Source: Lingula anatina (Eukaryota > Animalia > Brachiopoda). From it: DNA of 64,000 nucleotides. The stretch spans positions 13,454,001 to 13,518,000 of the forward strand of contig CM120641.1 of assembly GCA_051362555.1 (NCBI GenBank), given 5' to 3'. Every line of letters begins with the position of its first letter. Within the stretch, counting starts at the first letter, position 1. Shown here piece by piece: positions 10,701 to 25,000 of this stretch. The notes below the pieces were generated by a model. It searched no databases and was not told the DNA's origin. It saw only the letters and a list, made by a program, of their open reading frames with translations. The position numbers were made by a program, and so were the translations under genes.

Positions 10701-13456
10701 TTCATAAACATAATTAGCGTATGTTAAAAGGAAATAATTTTTTTTTCATTTATAGCAAATTAACATAATGGGTAGTTAATCTCATTGATGAAAGTCAGCA
10801 TTGCTTAAATAATTACATTGGGTAAATGAAACAAAAAATAATTTCTGTCCCTGATATATAGAAATGCATTTAAGATAATTTTAAAAAATTTTAGATAAAA
10901 TATGTGAGTAATTAAAATAATAAAATAATATGCACCACCTTCAGTGAGCAAAGCAAGCCTGTTGCTCTTGAAAGTTGGGTAGCTGAGGGTTAATACTGCA
11001 CAGCTGTTTACTAAATATATTCACTTGTTGTGGTGGTAGCAGCTGTGTTTCACAGCTCCTGTGTGCATAATATGTGTTTCCATTGCTACAAACCTATTTA
11101 TTCTTATTTCCAAAGCAATTCCACACTTGGCCTCAGCAGGTAAATGTTCAAGTCTGACTGTGGTGTCTGTGAAATTCAACTTTACCCTACAAAGAACTGT
11201 AAACAAAAATTTCGATACTATTTTACTTTAAGTCTACAATTGCACATCAATCAGCTACATTCATGTGTACTTAATGACAATCTATAATACAAATGTCAAC
11301 TACCATTTTCTTTTAAGAATTACCAAACACTAAAATACTACACCCTGCCAAATCAATAGACTTCATTTTCATAAACTTGACAGGTTTTCACAGTGAAATC
11401 AAACCCATGGAAATGACTTTTGCTAACCTGACTCTATAGTTTGAGCAAACATCTCCAACCCCTCAAATGGCTGAGCAGTCTCTGCTGCTTGCTCCCCCTC
11501 TGTGTGCCCCTCTTGTAACATCTCCTGAGCCAGCTGGATACTGCTGGTCATACTCATGAACATACTGTCCAAGTGCACCTCTGAAAAAGAAGAGATCAAA
11601 CTCTAAGAATGAAACTTTATTCTATTATGATTTAAGAAAACTATGGTTTTAATTTGTGAAAATATATAAAGTGCATTTTTCAAAAAAAAAAAAAAAATTT
11701 TTTTTGGGTTTAATTAGAAATCCATACCAAACTTCCAACTGGTAATTAGGTAACAGAAAGCGTCTCATTCCACCCTCTTTGAGCTAAGAGGTAATGTATC
11801 CCAAAGCAGAGGCATTTTTGAAACATTCAGTTTAACTTTTTGACACTGTCATACCATAATTAAGTATTATCATTTCATAATGACAAAATTTTAATCATAG
11901 TAACATAAATGATAAAACAACACTGACCATCATTTCTCTGTTTTGGCTGGAGAGTAAGTTCCAAACTGTCAACCTCCACACAGGTGCTGTCACTGGTCAG
12001 GCTCTTCCATGGAATGGACACTGTTATCTCCCCAACATAGCCATCCACAATCTCAAAAGGCATGTTCACTCCATCTAGAGTCTCATTCAGGGCCTAGATA
12101 CAAAAGCCATCAATATGAACATTACAAAACACCAAATGCACAACACAAGCACCAACAGTAGAAATTAAAACATTAAAGGTAGAATATATTTTTCAGGCAA
12201 ACAAAAGAAAACATTTTTAACAATCATTATCAGGCATATATTTCTTTTTCATATCACATGCATTAAAATGATCCCAACCCAGTCCTTCGAAAGCAAATTA
12301 TTGCCATAACAGATTCAGATATGTCATACATTTGCCCCATCAACCAAGACCAAAAAAAACTAGTATATACATGTTGATAGCTAGCTTAGAATGAAATATT
12401 CCCTTTTTAATATTAAAATTTTGACTTTGGATATATATATGAAAGTCACTTTCTCCACAAAACACTATCTATTCTCAATAATTATTATAAAATAGATTGT
12501 TTGCAACATGTGAAGTAGCAATAGTCTGCAGACTTCTATAAAGTTTGATTCAGTTACTGATATAAAGGTCAAAGTAACTTTGAATCAAAGCCAGCTATAT
12601 TTCCCCAGATGTATAAGAAAAGACAAAGCACATTTATCTACAAATGAACTACTTCTTAAATAATGTCATAATATGCACACAAGAGACAGGCATATGCTTC
12701 ACATTGTGTAACTGGTAGCAGGATTTAAAACTGTAATGATCTAGTAGAGATGATTAACCAGGAAATACTCGACAATAAGTGGAAAAACTGATGGCTACTC
12801 AGCAGTGTAATCTCCATGAAGATGCAGGAGGGAAGGGGGGGGGTAATCATTTTCATTCCTAACATGACCCATATTTTTCAGACTTAACCATGCCAAAGAA
12901 TATTTCATATATTAAAAAAAAACCTGGAAGCTGATTATTTGAGCTACCTGTCAACATGAGTCATTCTGTTTTGTTTACTTGAAACAGAGAGGACAACAGG
13001 ATAATGAATCAGAACGAATCTAATGTAGTAATGCCAAAACCAAGTATATATCAAACTATTACGTATCTCTTAAGTACAAACATAACCTGAATTCATTATA
13101 AATGCCCTGGAATAAATGCTCTGTCAATTATGCTTTAAACGTTAAAGGAAAAAGCAACAAATAATTAGTGTTATGAGATGTACATACGTTGAATCTAGAT
13201 GAGCATATCCTAATAAAGAAAATATTTAAGTGATAATCAATCAACGTTCCAAAAACTCCCATGCTGTATTATTTTTCAAAACATATACCTTCACATCTAG
13301 GCTTAAACCCTTTATGGTGCCAGTTCCATTGTATAAATCGACAGTCAGCTGTTCGAGTGACACTTTTTCTTGAAGAAAATGTCCCATGTAACGCTGTAGA
13401 AGGTATCTACAGGCCCTTTTCTTGATCGCGTCTGACCAGGGAAAGTACCAAGGCAT
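4767..13456 (-). CDS. ATG2: Autophagy-related protein 2 (lipid-transfer protein), 5' exons; gene continues beyond the left edge
   Basis: N-terminus MPWYFPWSDAIKKRACRYLLQRYMGHFLQEK is the ATG2 chorein-N start. GT-AG exons join in frame (approximate): 13456-13289, 12093-11928, 11580-11428 (PFEGLEMFAQTIES), 11196-11094, 10691-10499, 10219-10025, 7143-7047 (LSPRQLH), 6628-6441, 6191-6075, 5777-5664, 5478-5201 (CPYDHIG), 4946-4767 (EVVECLF). No stop codon reached and far shorter than a full ATG2. Confidence 0.93.
7354..9992. mobile_element. Non-autonomous Helentron-like (HINE/DINE-type) element in an ATG2 intron
   Basis: 14-bp subterminal inverted repeat attgtaccaccagc (7390-7403) / gctggtggtacaat (9979-9992), 3' hairpin ccagcg-ccta-cgctgg, GC-rich microsatellite (ggagccgca)n near 9900-9935, and an internal tandem array with AGGTCAAAGGTCA motifs. 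Confidence 0.75.
7590..9000. repeat. 146-bp tandem satellite array (3+5 units) with a roughly 290-bp spacer duplicated at about 7965-8253 and 8995-9283
   Basis: Anchor tgccagtatatgactt recurs at 7604, 7749, 7895, 8341, 8487, 8633, 8779 and 8925. Confidence 0.95.
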
Positions 13457-13552
13457 TTTAGAACAGTCTTTACGCTTTCCAAGCAACAATTAATGCGTTA
13501 ATACAACTATTTTATAATTCTTGGCAGTCAAGTCAAAACCAAAACATTCATC

Positions 13553-13638
13553 CGCCATATTTTATTCTGACGTCATCGGGGAATGAGGCCAACAAGGTCA
13601 CGCACGGCTGGAATTCGAAAGGAGGATGGGCTCACGTG
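13553..13638. promoter_or_regulatory. ATG2 proximal promoter motifs: YY1-like, CRE and E-box
   Basis: CGCCATATT at 13553-13561, TGACGTCA at 13568-13575 and TCACGTG at 13632-13638, all 100-180 bp upstream of the ATG in a CpG-enriched patch. Confidence 0.5.
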
Positions 13639-13961
13639 TGTTTGCCTATCGACAAGCCCTACACCCTTGGTCCTACAATCGGGCATCTTGATCAGACTGT
13701 GCAGGACATTAACTTCATTTCTGACCGATGGTATAAGTTGTCAAAGAATCAGGGGTTGCTGCCATTTGAACAACTTTCGTTTTAGTGCAGGGTTGGGTCG
13801 CTTTGTTAACGCATCTATTACGTCCCCGCACCGATAATCTTTTTACTCCCGAGCGCCGTTAAAGCGTGACATTCAAAACATAATTTTTGGTTAAAAAACC
13901 TTTCTGCAAAATGATATTTTCAAACGTACGCTTTAAGGGTGCACAATAAAAGTTGTTAGCA

Positions 13962-14232
13962 GACCATGCAGGATTATTTGAGGGGGGGGGGTCCGATTTT
14001 TTTTTTTTTTTTTTTTTTTAGAAATGACAGGCCCCGGATAAGAAGCCGACCCTCGACCCCCTTGTGGTGGGGTTTGGGGCCCGCTGAAGGGCCCAAATTA
14101 TTTTTGGGTTAAAGAGGGCAAATGCTGCAATTTGGAACGGTTACAAATTTCAAACCAGCTACTTCTAATTCCAAGAGGGGAATATAAATGTGATTTTTTC
14201 CAAAAGGAGGGGGGGGGGGAGGGTCAGGACTG
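13962..14232. repeat. GC-rich interspersed repeat (MITE-like), copy 1
   Basis: Shares caggattatttga-G-run-gtccg, gtggggtt.ggggcc.gctgaagg and ctaatt.caagaggggaatat blocks with the copies at about 38800 and 41772. Confidence 0.6.
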
Positions 14233-16062
14233 CCATGTATATCATTTCTGCACCCCGACACACTGGGCACACCTCAGTGCTAAACAAAATTGATTACTTG
14301 GTTAACGAGTGTCGACTATATTTAAACAGGGTCAGAATACAATTTTTTTAAATTTATTTCCAATAATGTTTAATGAGCATAAATTTTATGGTCAGTTGAT
14401 TTTTTTTAAATTTATTTAAGGGGGAGTCCCATCCTTTGTGTTTCAAAACGTAAAACAATATCAAGTGTTTTCTTTTTTTTTAAAGTTGATGGCTTCAATA
14501 GTTATAACAGGCCTTAAACACATCCAGGCATTCTAAAGGTTTTGTGCTCAAAGGAAAAAAGGAAAAGCTATGTCCATATGATTAAGATATGATTAAGAGC
14601 AGAATACTCGAGCAGTTAGTGCTTCTAAAAGATAACAAAACTGCAGGGCTTTAATTTGTTGTCAAAAGATACTTAAAAATGTAAAATGTGGAAAGTCCAA
14701 AATACCAGTGCAATAATATAGTACTTCTCTTATCAAGACTGCCTGGCATTTAATTTATTTTACCGTGCAGGAAACTGTCATGTTACTGCCTCTCACAAAA
14801 ACAAATCGGGAGTTTCTGTAAAGCACAATTCTATTAAGATACACAAGTTTGTTCTTGTTCCATGTGACTCATTGGAGTCTGATTGCAAAAAACACTGCAA
14901 TCTCCAGTGCAATGAGCTGCATGTAGAAGATAAACTTGAAGTAGGGTGGGCTACAGTTCTTAAATTCAGTCAGGTTATGTGCAAAACATCAAGTCAAGGA
15001 AAAACTGTTGCAAACATAAAAAATCTACAATTCTGCAATTTATAGGTAAAGCAGTTTTTTCATTTTTTTGTCTGCAAGACCAAACCTGGGATAGCAAATG
15101 AACCGAGTTAAAATATGAAGTCTCTTTAACATTCTTTTAGAAACAACTAACCTTAACAAAACTGTCGTTTACACTGAAATGCAACTGTAATATCAGACAT
15201 AAATAACTATAAACAACAAACAACAGTTGGGCAAAGTTTAAAGTGGTAACTGCTGAGATAAAAAATTTTCATATAAGTATACTTGGCTAATAAATGTTTT
15301 GAAAAATGGTCTTTGTAAAAAAATCACCATATGAAAACAAATCAAAAAGTCTGATTGAAATAAAATTTTATTTTGTATAATGAGAATGTGATACAAAATA
15401 AATAACTAGTTTCATTTGAGAAATACAATGTCTAATTCGAACCTTAATCATAAATTTCAAAACGCAAAACTTATGAACAATTGCATCTTCTCCTTTCATG
15501 TCATAATAGCACCATGATAAGAAAACACAAGCATTTGCATTGTTCAAGCACAACAAAATATAAATTCATACTTGCAACTCTTCAAACACATCAAATTGAA
15601 TGTTTTTTGAATATTTACAAATATCAATATAAAGACATCACAGTGCCTGCAAATGAATGATACTAACAAGCTTATTTACATTGTTTTAAATCATAACCAT
15701 TGCCTTCAAGTTGAAGACGAATGGCATCATGTTCCAAATTGAATATGATTTCAAGCCATATTTGAAATCTGACTTTTCAATTAGAAAACATAAGGTTAGG
15801 CCTAAATCACCTTTATTTCAATTATAACATCACCTTTATTTCAATTATAAGTGGAAGAGACCATGGATTGCAAGTTGCCTTTTCAATATGACAATTAACA
15901 AATTTTGGCAGACTGTAATAATTACTGATATATTCATGTCTGACTTAATCCTTTTGTAGACTGCACTCTTGGTCTTTTTGAAGATGTTCATCACTAAAAT
16001 GACTGTATATACATATGAATTTCCTAGTAATAGTCCAAAATCTTTCCATCATATGGCACACA

Positions 16063-19000
16063 TTAATCTGTAGGAGTAGATGTTCTATGCATACCTGAAA
16101 TTGAAAAAGAACATTTCTTCATGCAACAGAACCATATCAATTTTGACAGTTAACATCAATTCTTTGTTTCATAAACAATACTAGTAATTCAACTGAATAA
16201 CAGCACAATGTTGATATCATATTAAGGTTACAAACTCGGTTTATGATCATCAAAACACCAAAATTCTTCAACAATGCATCTACCATTTTGCTGATTAAAA
16301 ACAAAATGAAATCTCCCCCAAAAATATTAATATATCAAGGTTTATATTTCCTGTTGCTTACCATTAGCATAAGCACCTCGGAATGTTTATGATCAATTTA
16401 ACAGCTTTCTGTTTTGAGGGGAGATACAAATCACTATGGGGCTTAATTTAATCCTTGAACAAGATTTTATCATAAAAATTGGCATGAGTACGGACTGTGC
16501 CATCATTTTGATTGAAATATTTTTGTAAGGGAGTTATGAGCCCTTAATTACAATATTTCATTGAACATTATTCAGTAACCCCAAAAAGTGGATCCTCCAA
16601 ATTTTCTTTAAGTTTGATGGAAACAAACCCTCTATACTTACTTTGTCTTGATGTTGACCTAGAGCCTTCATATCTATCTCCTGGCGGAGGAGGGGGGCGA
16701 GGTCCATAAGGTCCCATAGGAGGTGGACCAAATGGTGGGGGTGGCATGTCACGCCCCAGAGGTGGGGGAGGTCCTCTGAGGTGTGGGGGTGGGGGTGGCA
16801 TGTCCCTAAATGGTGGGGGTGATCTTCTATCTAAATGTGGACGCCTATCAAATGGAGGTGGGGATCTGCGATCCATTGGTGCTGGAGATCTGTGGTCGTA
16901 GGGAGGTGACTGTGCCCTGTCAAATGGCGGAGGTGATCGATGATCTAAAGGTGACCTCCTGTCAGGAGGAGGCCGTCTGTCATAAGGTGGTGACCTTCTG
17001 TCCATTGGTGGGAGTGGGGGTCTATGATCAAATGGAGGGGGTGGGGGCATACGTGGGGGTGGTAATGGCCCCATAGGTCCTGGTGGAAAGAGAGGCCTTC
17101 TCTCCACTGGTGGGGGTGGAATCATATGAGGAGAGTCCCGTACACCATCATCTCTGAAAAAAAGATAAACCAACATGTGTTACCAATAGCTGCTCATTTA
17201 CTGCACTGTTCACCATTTTTTTTTCAAATGTGAAATGCTTTGTAAAACTGAATGCATACATTCATTGCAGTCACAATCCTGTAGGCTGTAGAAAAAACAG
17301 AGACTGTAAAAAAATAGAGCAGGTTTGTATTGACTCAATACTAGCCTACCAAATTTTTAAAAATGTATAATACATAAAGTACATGGGTTTCTACTACTAC
17401 CTCACCTGTACACAGGGGAGGGCCTGTCCAGACCAGGATGAGGAGGGGGAGGAGGCCCAACTGGTCCATCTAAATAGAAACAATCCAAAATGACAAGTTG
17501 AACTTTGGCTTGCATATTCATGCAGTTTACAATGGAATCTGTGGAAAGCATCATTGTGATGATGTCATCAACTTGTTTTTCTATTTCCCCATCATAAATC
17601 TTCAGTGAGTGGTATTCTGCATTCTTTCAATCTTTCTTTATGTATTTATTATTACCATTATTTTTTTGGAAAGAATATTACATTACCCATCAAATAATTG
17701 CATTAGTAAATTTGTTGTGTAATGAAACCAGAAAAGAACCTTGTAAAATAGTTTGCTCTATCAAACATTAGTTAATCACAAATACCTGGTGAAAGAGCCA
17801 AGGGCCTCATCAACCCTTTCATAGTTTCTTCTTGCTTATGTTCCAAGTCTGTAAGCCTGTAATGAATCACAGTTCAGAACATATTCAAACAATACAGCAT
17901 AAAGTAAATACCATTTCCATTTTCAATTTGACCTATCTATACCAACACATTTCTTTAGATAAAACATCTAATCTACTCACTTTTGCCTGTACTGTGTTGC
18001 CTCAAATTTGGCTTGTTGGAGTTCTCTTTCTGCTTTTCTTGCTGCAAGCTAGGGTGAAATAAATAAATATTTTTCTAAGAAAATAATGTTAAATAAGTAT
18101 CAATAAACTGCAAAAGTATAACATTTTAAAGTTATATACAATTCTGGTACAAAACCAAACATTAATTCTAACATGATAGGTTCCGTTTTAAAAGTATATT
18201 TGTAAATCATTAATCAGTGCTTTTTACCAACCGCTAATTTAACAAATTACTTACCCAGTTTTCATGGGCCTTTTTCTCATTTTGCGCTATCTGAAAGTCA
18301 ACAGTTCACACAATTTACTAAACGTGACAAAGAACATAACTGAAAATAGTTTAAAATTCTACCTTTCTACCCACCAGTTCCAACAAAACCATCGGTATGC
18401 AGCTACATCCCCCCACCCACACAACCACAAGCCCAAAAACACCAAGTACCTAAATTTTTTTTTTATTTTTTGAACTTTTAAGTATTTATGGATGTTTTAC
18501 ATGGTTCATTATCCACAATAAATATAATACTTCTATGCTATTTTCAAATACCTGTTGTCTGAAGTTCCTTTCCACATTTTCTATTTCTGCTTGAAGATCT
18601 TTTATCTGTTGTCTATATAATAAAATAACCTTTATTGTCATTTATGCCATAATGTATTTTTTAATAAGCTTGGCATAACAATCTTTTTTTCCTTTTACTT
18701 TTCACTAAATCTTTGTTTTCCCCCCTTTTCACAATTCATTTAGTTCTCCAATCCATATTGTATACACTTTACAATTAACACAGCACCACAAATGTTCTAA
18801 AAGATTTTGTAACAGTTACCACTTCATTTGTATAAAACAGTCTGAATATCTTACAAACCTATATACTGCACTTTCTCTTTCAAAAGCTTCAGTTTTTTCT
18901 CCAGCGCTGGCCAACTGAGACAGACTTTGCTTTTTGAGGGCCTCCTGCTCACCCAACTCTCTAAAAACATAAAGGTTTTATCAAACGGGTTTCCATTCTA

Positions 19001-22000
19001 AAACAATTATATGGCTCAAAAATCTTTAATGTCCACTTGTAAATGATTGTATGGAAATTAATGAAAACTGAAATTATAACACAGGTATTTGACTTTAAAC
19101 CAATGCCAAACTTGGTATTCTTGCTTCTATGTATATTTTTTTTTACGTTGTAAACCTAGTACAGTACCAACCACTAATGTCTACATGTGATGTACTCATT
19201 ACTGGATTAAATTCTGATCATGTAAACTCATTTTGAAAACAAAAAACGATTCAAAGTAATGTATTGCAATGAGTAATAGTCTTTAAAATAAAATGTGTAA
19301 ATGAAACTGAAGGTAGGTGGTAGATGTCATTATAGACAAACTTACTTTGTAAGTTGCATCTCTTTCTCCTTAAAATAATTGGATAATACATCAAGTTTGT
19401 GCTGTGCTTCTTTCCCTTGTTGGTCTGCTTTGTAATGCCCTTCCCTTAACTTCTCCATCTGAACTTGCATAGATTCAATTTTATCTTAAATAAAAATGGA
19501 ATAGAAAAATGAGGAGATGGTGATTTATAATATGGTGGTTAACATTCGATAGCAATCAAATTCAAAACTTAATGTAAGTGGTTAAAATGAGATGAAACTT
19601 CATTAGCTCTCTAAAATGAACATACAAGAAAAGCGATCCATGTTCTCAAAGCATAACACTTTTTTAGGCAGCATTTATTATTCTGAAGATGTGTTCATTT
19701 ACCTGTAATATTTTTAAAGCTCAAAATACTGACAATAATGTAAAATAATGTTGAAATAGATGTACATAAACAATCTATTATTCCTGTACCTTCCAATTGT
19801 TTCCTACTGTCTTTTTCAATTTTTAACTGATTTTCTATACTATCTCTATCCTCTCTAACTGCTTGCAACTGCGCCCTCACCTATGTTTAAAAAAGGACAC
19901 ATTTTCCATCAAAATACAATGACCACAAGAAAGAAGATTTTTCAAATCAGAATACACAAACCAAAGTCAGGCAAAATGTACAATTAATTAGTATGAAAAC
20001 TCCTGTAATTCTTGCAGCAAATTGTCTACATGCCTGAATGTAACATCTCAGCAATTTAACAATATAATGTAAAGGCCATAGGTTAAGCTAGACATCAAAT
20101 ACAAACTGTTACACCAAATGCTGCAAATAATTATTGAATGATATTAAATCAAAAATTAAATTTCCATTCAGCATGGAAAGGACCAAGTGCCTTCAAATGA
20201 AAATCTACTTTTCAATCAAAATCATAAATTCACTGAGCTAAATACATTGCTGCTACATAAAAAGTCTCATAATAAAAAATTGTCCTACAACCTACTTACT
20301 CTAGACACATCCATCATAGCTTGTATCTTGTCCTGCAAATCTTCATGTCCTAAAATATAATGAAACTGGTGTAAGTTCATTAATTTTATTAAGAGGACAG
20401 TCATTATTTTCCCATTTCTTTTTGAAATATTATATTTTACACTTACTCAAACTAAATACCAGTCTACCATTATAATAAAAAACCTAATTCTGAAAACAGA
20501 AATATTTACCATGGATTGTTAATACTCAATGGTGGTAACTCTATAACTTTGGCTTTACAAATCTATCAACAGAACACAGGGGTTCAGTTTTATCCATGGT
20601 CTTGACGTTAAAGTACAAAGCGTCTGCATCCTACTAGAAAGGAATCCCAGGAAAAGCACACAAACAAATGGACTTGCCTTCTCCTGCATCCTCCTCTTCA
20701 TGTCCTCTCTCTTCTCTCTCCTTCTCCAATGATTTCATTTGCATAAAGCAATCTCTGAGCACCTGGTAGAGGATCAATGCAGAATCTTAAGTACAAACCT
20801 ATAATTTTTACTTTTACAATAAATCAAAGGTACAAAGAATGTTACAAGAACGAGATGATTTGATGATTTCATTAATACTCTGATTGCACAACAATAAGTT
20901 TTATAAAGACACACACATACATTTGTTGTACTTGAGTGCTTTTGTCTTTTTATATATAATATGTAAATAAAATACAGCAAAAAGTTATAAATGTATACAT
21001 CACATATGTGTGTTACACAAGGAAAAAGACTTACCTCCAATTCATTGTCCTTATATGCAACATTCTCTTGTAGTTCTTTCTGTTCCTTTTGAAGAAGTGA
21101 TACTTGATCTGTCAAGTCTTTTACTCTATAAAAACAAAAAACATACCATGTAGAAGTATTTTCTATAGTTTTCATACATGATACTTAAATATTTGGCACA
21201 AAAGTAACTTCAGTTCATTCTTCTTGCAATTTAGTTATGTTGTCTTTGAAATTCAGGCCTCTTTTAAGAAAATACACAAATACCTTTCATTCCATCCTTC
21301 AACTTCTTCTTGCAACTGCAAACAAAAACAATTGGCATTCATAATTATGAAACTTTCACCACATGATATGTAAAACATTCACAATTTACACAGCCATGAC
21401 ATGTGACATGTGGTTTACTTCAAAAATTTGAAAATAAGATGGAAAATATTCATAACCTTATACTAAACTTCAAAAATTCTTTCAATATCAATATTTTCGT
21501 TTAAAGCTTATACTCTTATTGGCAACATTTCAATTACCTGGCTCTTGCTTTCCTTAAGCTGATTATTTTCCTCTGTAAGTAATTGCACTTGGTTTTTATA
21601 TGCTGTGGCCATACTTTCCTGTTGACTAAGAGAATCTTGAAGCTGTTGAAAAAAATCACATTAAGAGTCATTCATAGCTCAAAACAAATCAATGGTATGT
21701 AAATCCTATAACACAGAAAACAGGTTCTGTTTTCAAAACAGTCTTTGGAGATAAGTAAAAAGTCAGCTGTTTCTTAACATACAAGTGTTTTATGAAAATC
21801 ATTAAGATTATAATGGTTAAGGTCTTTCAGTATTATGAAAAAGGACACATCTGGAGCAAAATGTGCAGAAACACAAATAATGTTTTTTTATCAAAATATT
21901 TTAATCAAGCAAGTAATATGATTTCAAACATACATACCAAACTCATAATGTTTCTGGCATTCACTGAAAACAAATATATAAAAGAGAAAACTTTACCTGA

Positions 22001-25000
22001 ACCTCAGAATAACTCACTTCATTTAACTTGTGCTCCAGGGCTGTGACATGTTCTCCTGTCTGTGTTATCTGATTGTTTAGCACAGCGTTCTGAAAATAAA
22101 GGAAAAGAAACTTTGTATTGCACTGTTTATTATCATCATTATTCATTATCATTTATTAACATGCACAAATCAATAAAAATAATATTAAAATCAATGACAA
22201 ATCTACCGTGTCCCAAAATACAAGCCCTTTGTTGCTGCTTGTCTCACCTCCTGTTGTTTTGAGTCAATGTCCAGTTGCTGCTGTTCCACAGTTAGGTTGA
22301 GTTGCTCAACTTGCTCCTGGAGAACATTCAGCTGAGATTCTATCATTGCCTTTTTCTCCTAAAACAAATCACAATTATTACATAGCTTTCTTGTCCTAAA
22401 ATCAGTAATAATAGTTGTTGAACATTTTTATGATTGCCTTTGCAGAAGAGGAAGTCGCCTGCTTCACCTGCGTGTTTCTTTCTTTTTTTTTTTTTTTTAC
22501 ATATGATTATTATTCCTGGCATTCAATGTAGAATCACAAGTATTTCACTTGTGGTATACCATTAAACCAAAAAGCAAGCCTACCTGCACCATGTTGAGTT
22601 CTGCTTGAAGACTGTCACCACTTTCTGCTACAATATTGACTAAACTTTCTTTCTCAGTTAACTGCAAGTGGATTGGTACAAATAGGTAAATGTGTTGTTT
22701 TTTCATGCAAAATAGTAATTTGCATTCATTAATAATCTATATGATCTATGACATTAAATGTGCAACACCCACTCTCCAAACAAGAATTTTAAAGCTAAAT
22801 TTTTTCTTTTCAATTTTCCTCAAATCTGTTGAACAAAAGCAACATAATCAGTGTAGTACAGCAGAACAGGTGCAGATAATTCAAGGTCACCTTAGTGCCC
22901 CTATTTCAAACACCGACTGAAAATTCAGACACTGCAGTTTTACAAAAACAACATAATCAGTGGTGCACAACAGAAAAAGTGCACGTTATTTAAGGTCGCC
23001 TGTGCGCCTGTAAAAAAACACCAATTAGGGAATCTGTCAGAAACTGCAGTTTTACGAAAACAACATTCTAACTGTTAATCAAAATTTCCAATGAAATGGG
23101 AATTCCAAGGAAATGTGGAGTTGTTTCCTCCAACCTTAAAAACCCCTTTGATTCATCAAAATGTGTTGATCAGCCAGGATTGGCTAAAACAGAAATAATC
23201 ATTTCCACATTCTCAAAGTTGATCTGGTTACCAATTACAATAAGCATAATCAAGGGATCTTTGGAAACTAATTCATTTGTAAAACTGTTAATTAAAATTT
23301 CCTACTGACTCATTTCCTTTTACATGAAATATAATTAATCAAGATACCTTCTTTTCTGCTTCTGAGAGACTTTCTTCTAGGTTTTCTTTTTCTTTAGTAG
23401 TTATGTAAAGCTTTTCTTCCAACCCCCGATACTTGGCTGAAAAATAATACAAGTATCATTTGACACAGGAAAAGTTCAAATCACTCTTCTTCACACATAA
23501 TATAAAGGCAAAGACTGGGATTAAGTGAGAGCTGCAATTAGGGGGATTTGTATTTCACTGTTATTATACAGTGCTAAGACCTATTAACCATATTTTAAAT
23601 ATAGCTACAGCAAATACCACACAGGTATCAGCTACAATAACAAAATGTGAAAAAAAATCTAACCCTTTCTTTTAAATTCATGTTCAGCACCAAAAATATT
23701 TAACAGGTTGTTTTACTTACCCATATAGTCAAACTCCTTTCTCCTTTTGGACTAAAAATAGATAAAACAATACATTATTAATAACTACTTTAGTTGAAGT
23801 TTAACAAAGCATTCATATCTGTAAGGTCACCAAAATATATAACCTCTTTCAAAACCAATAAAGCATTACTTTTGTTTAGGTTGAGAATATTAAGGATACA
23901 TATATATATATAATGGTGTTGTTTACCTTCCCAGAGCAAGCCAAACAAGACCAAAATATGGATAGGACAATAGTGACCAATGTCGCAAACATGGTGGTGG
24001 TAGGGGGAAGACCCACTACGTCCTCAGCAATGGTTTCCTTCATTGGATCTGGCAGCTATAGTATGAAAAGAATGAAAATAAAAGGATCACAGTCCAGAAA
24101 GATTGGTCTGACAGTGCAGCACTGAAAATAAATGTAGTAGCTGCTTTATACCAAAATGGAATCCAAAATTGTCTAATTTGAATTATTCTTCAAATCATCC
24201 TTAAACACATTAAAACAGAACAAAATATGAAGTTACATTATGTAAAATCTTTAACCAAACAAATAACACACTCACCAAATCCACCAAAAGCTGCATGAAT
24301 GGTTCACTGGTAGCCATCACAACAAATACTAAAGCTTTAATACCAGTTGGAGGCTTGTGTAGACTTTCTTTTTCAGGGGCAGCCCCAGCCTGATCTTCAC
24401 CTTGTAGAGACCTAGGCAAACTGTCCGTCCCCTGCACATTTCCATCACCACCCATTGGTGCTGCTTTAGTGCTGGTGTCCGACTTAATATTATGATTCAA
24501 TGGTTTTCTGTTCAGGAAGTCTGCATCACTCCTGTACTCCTCTTTGACCAAGTCCCCCAGATATGGTTGGTTGGGAGGTGGGGCTGTTGGGCCATCAGAG
24601 TCATTCTTCTTTGATGGAATGTCAATGGCAGGGGTGCTTCCCATCCCCAGGGGGTCTGCACCTCCTCCCTGGGTTCCAGCACCACTGGTGCCATCTTGTA
24701 TCATAACAGTAGGTGGTGTGACTGCTTCAACTGGTGGCATTGGTATCTCATCATCCACAGAAGGCACAGTAGTAATGGTGTCCGGTTTATTTGTAATAGT
24801 TTCCTGTAATGTGCTATCTTTCTCATCTTTTTCCTCTTTCTTAGCAGTATCCTTGATACCTTCAGGCGGAGTTTCTCTCAGAGTGTCTATGATACTTGCT
24901 TTAGCATCTCCACTCGTTGTATGCAGGACTGTTGCTTGGGAAGTCATCCCCTGTGTTTGCTGTGGTGAAGTAGCTGTCAACTCAGATTGACTACCCTCAA

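Noticed and set aside
13583-13837. 84-aa ORF divergent from ATG2
   Set aside because: No recognisable domain or splice structure; lies in promoter sequence.
24057-24275. Alternative promoter for a short cTAGE5/TANGO1S-like isoform
   Set aside because: The intron before the membrane exon is short and AT-rich with no visible first exon. Cannot be excluded without 5' end data.
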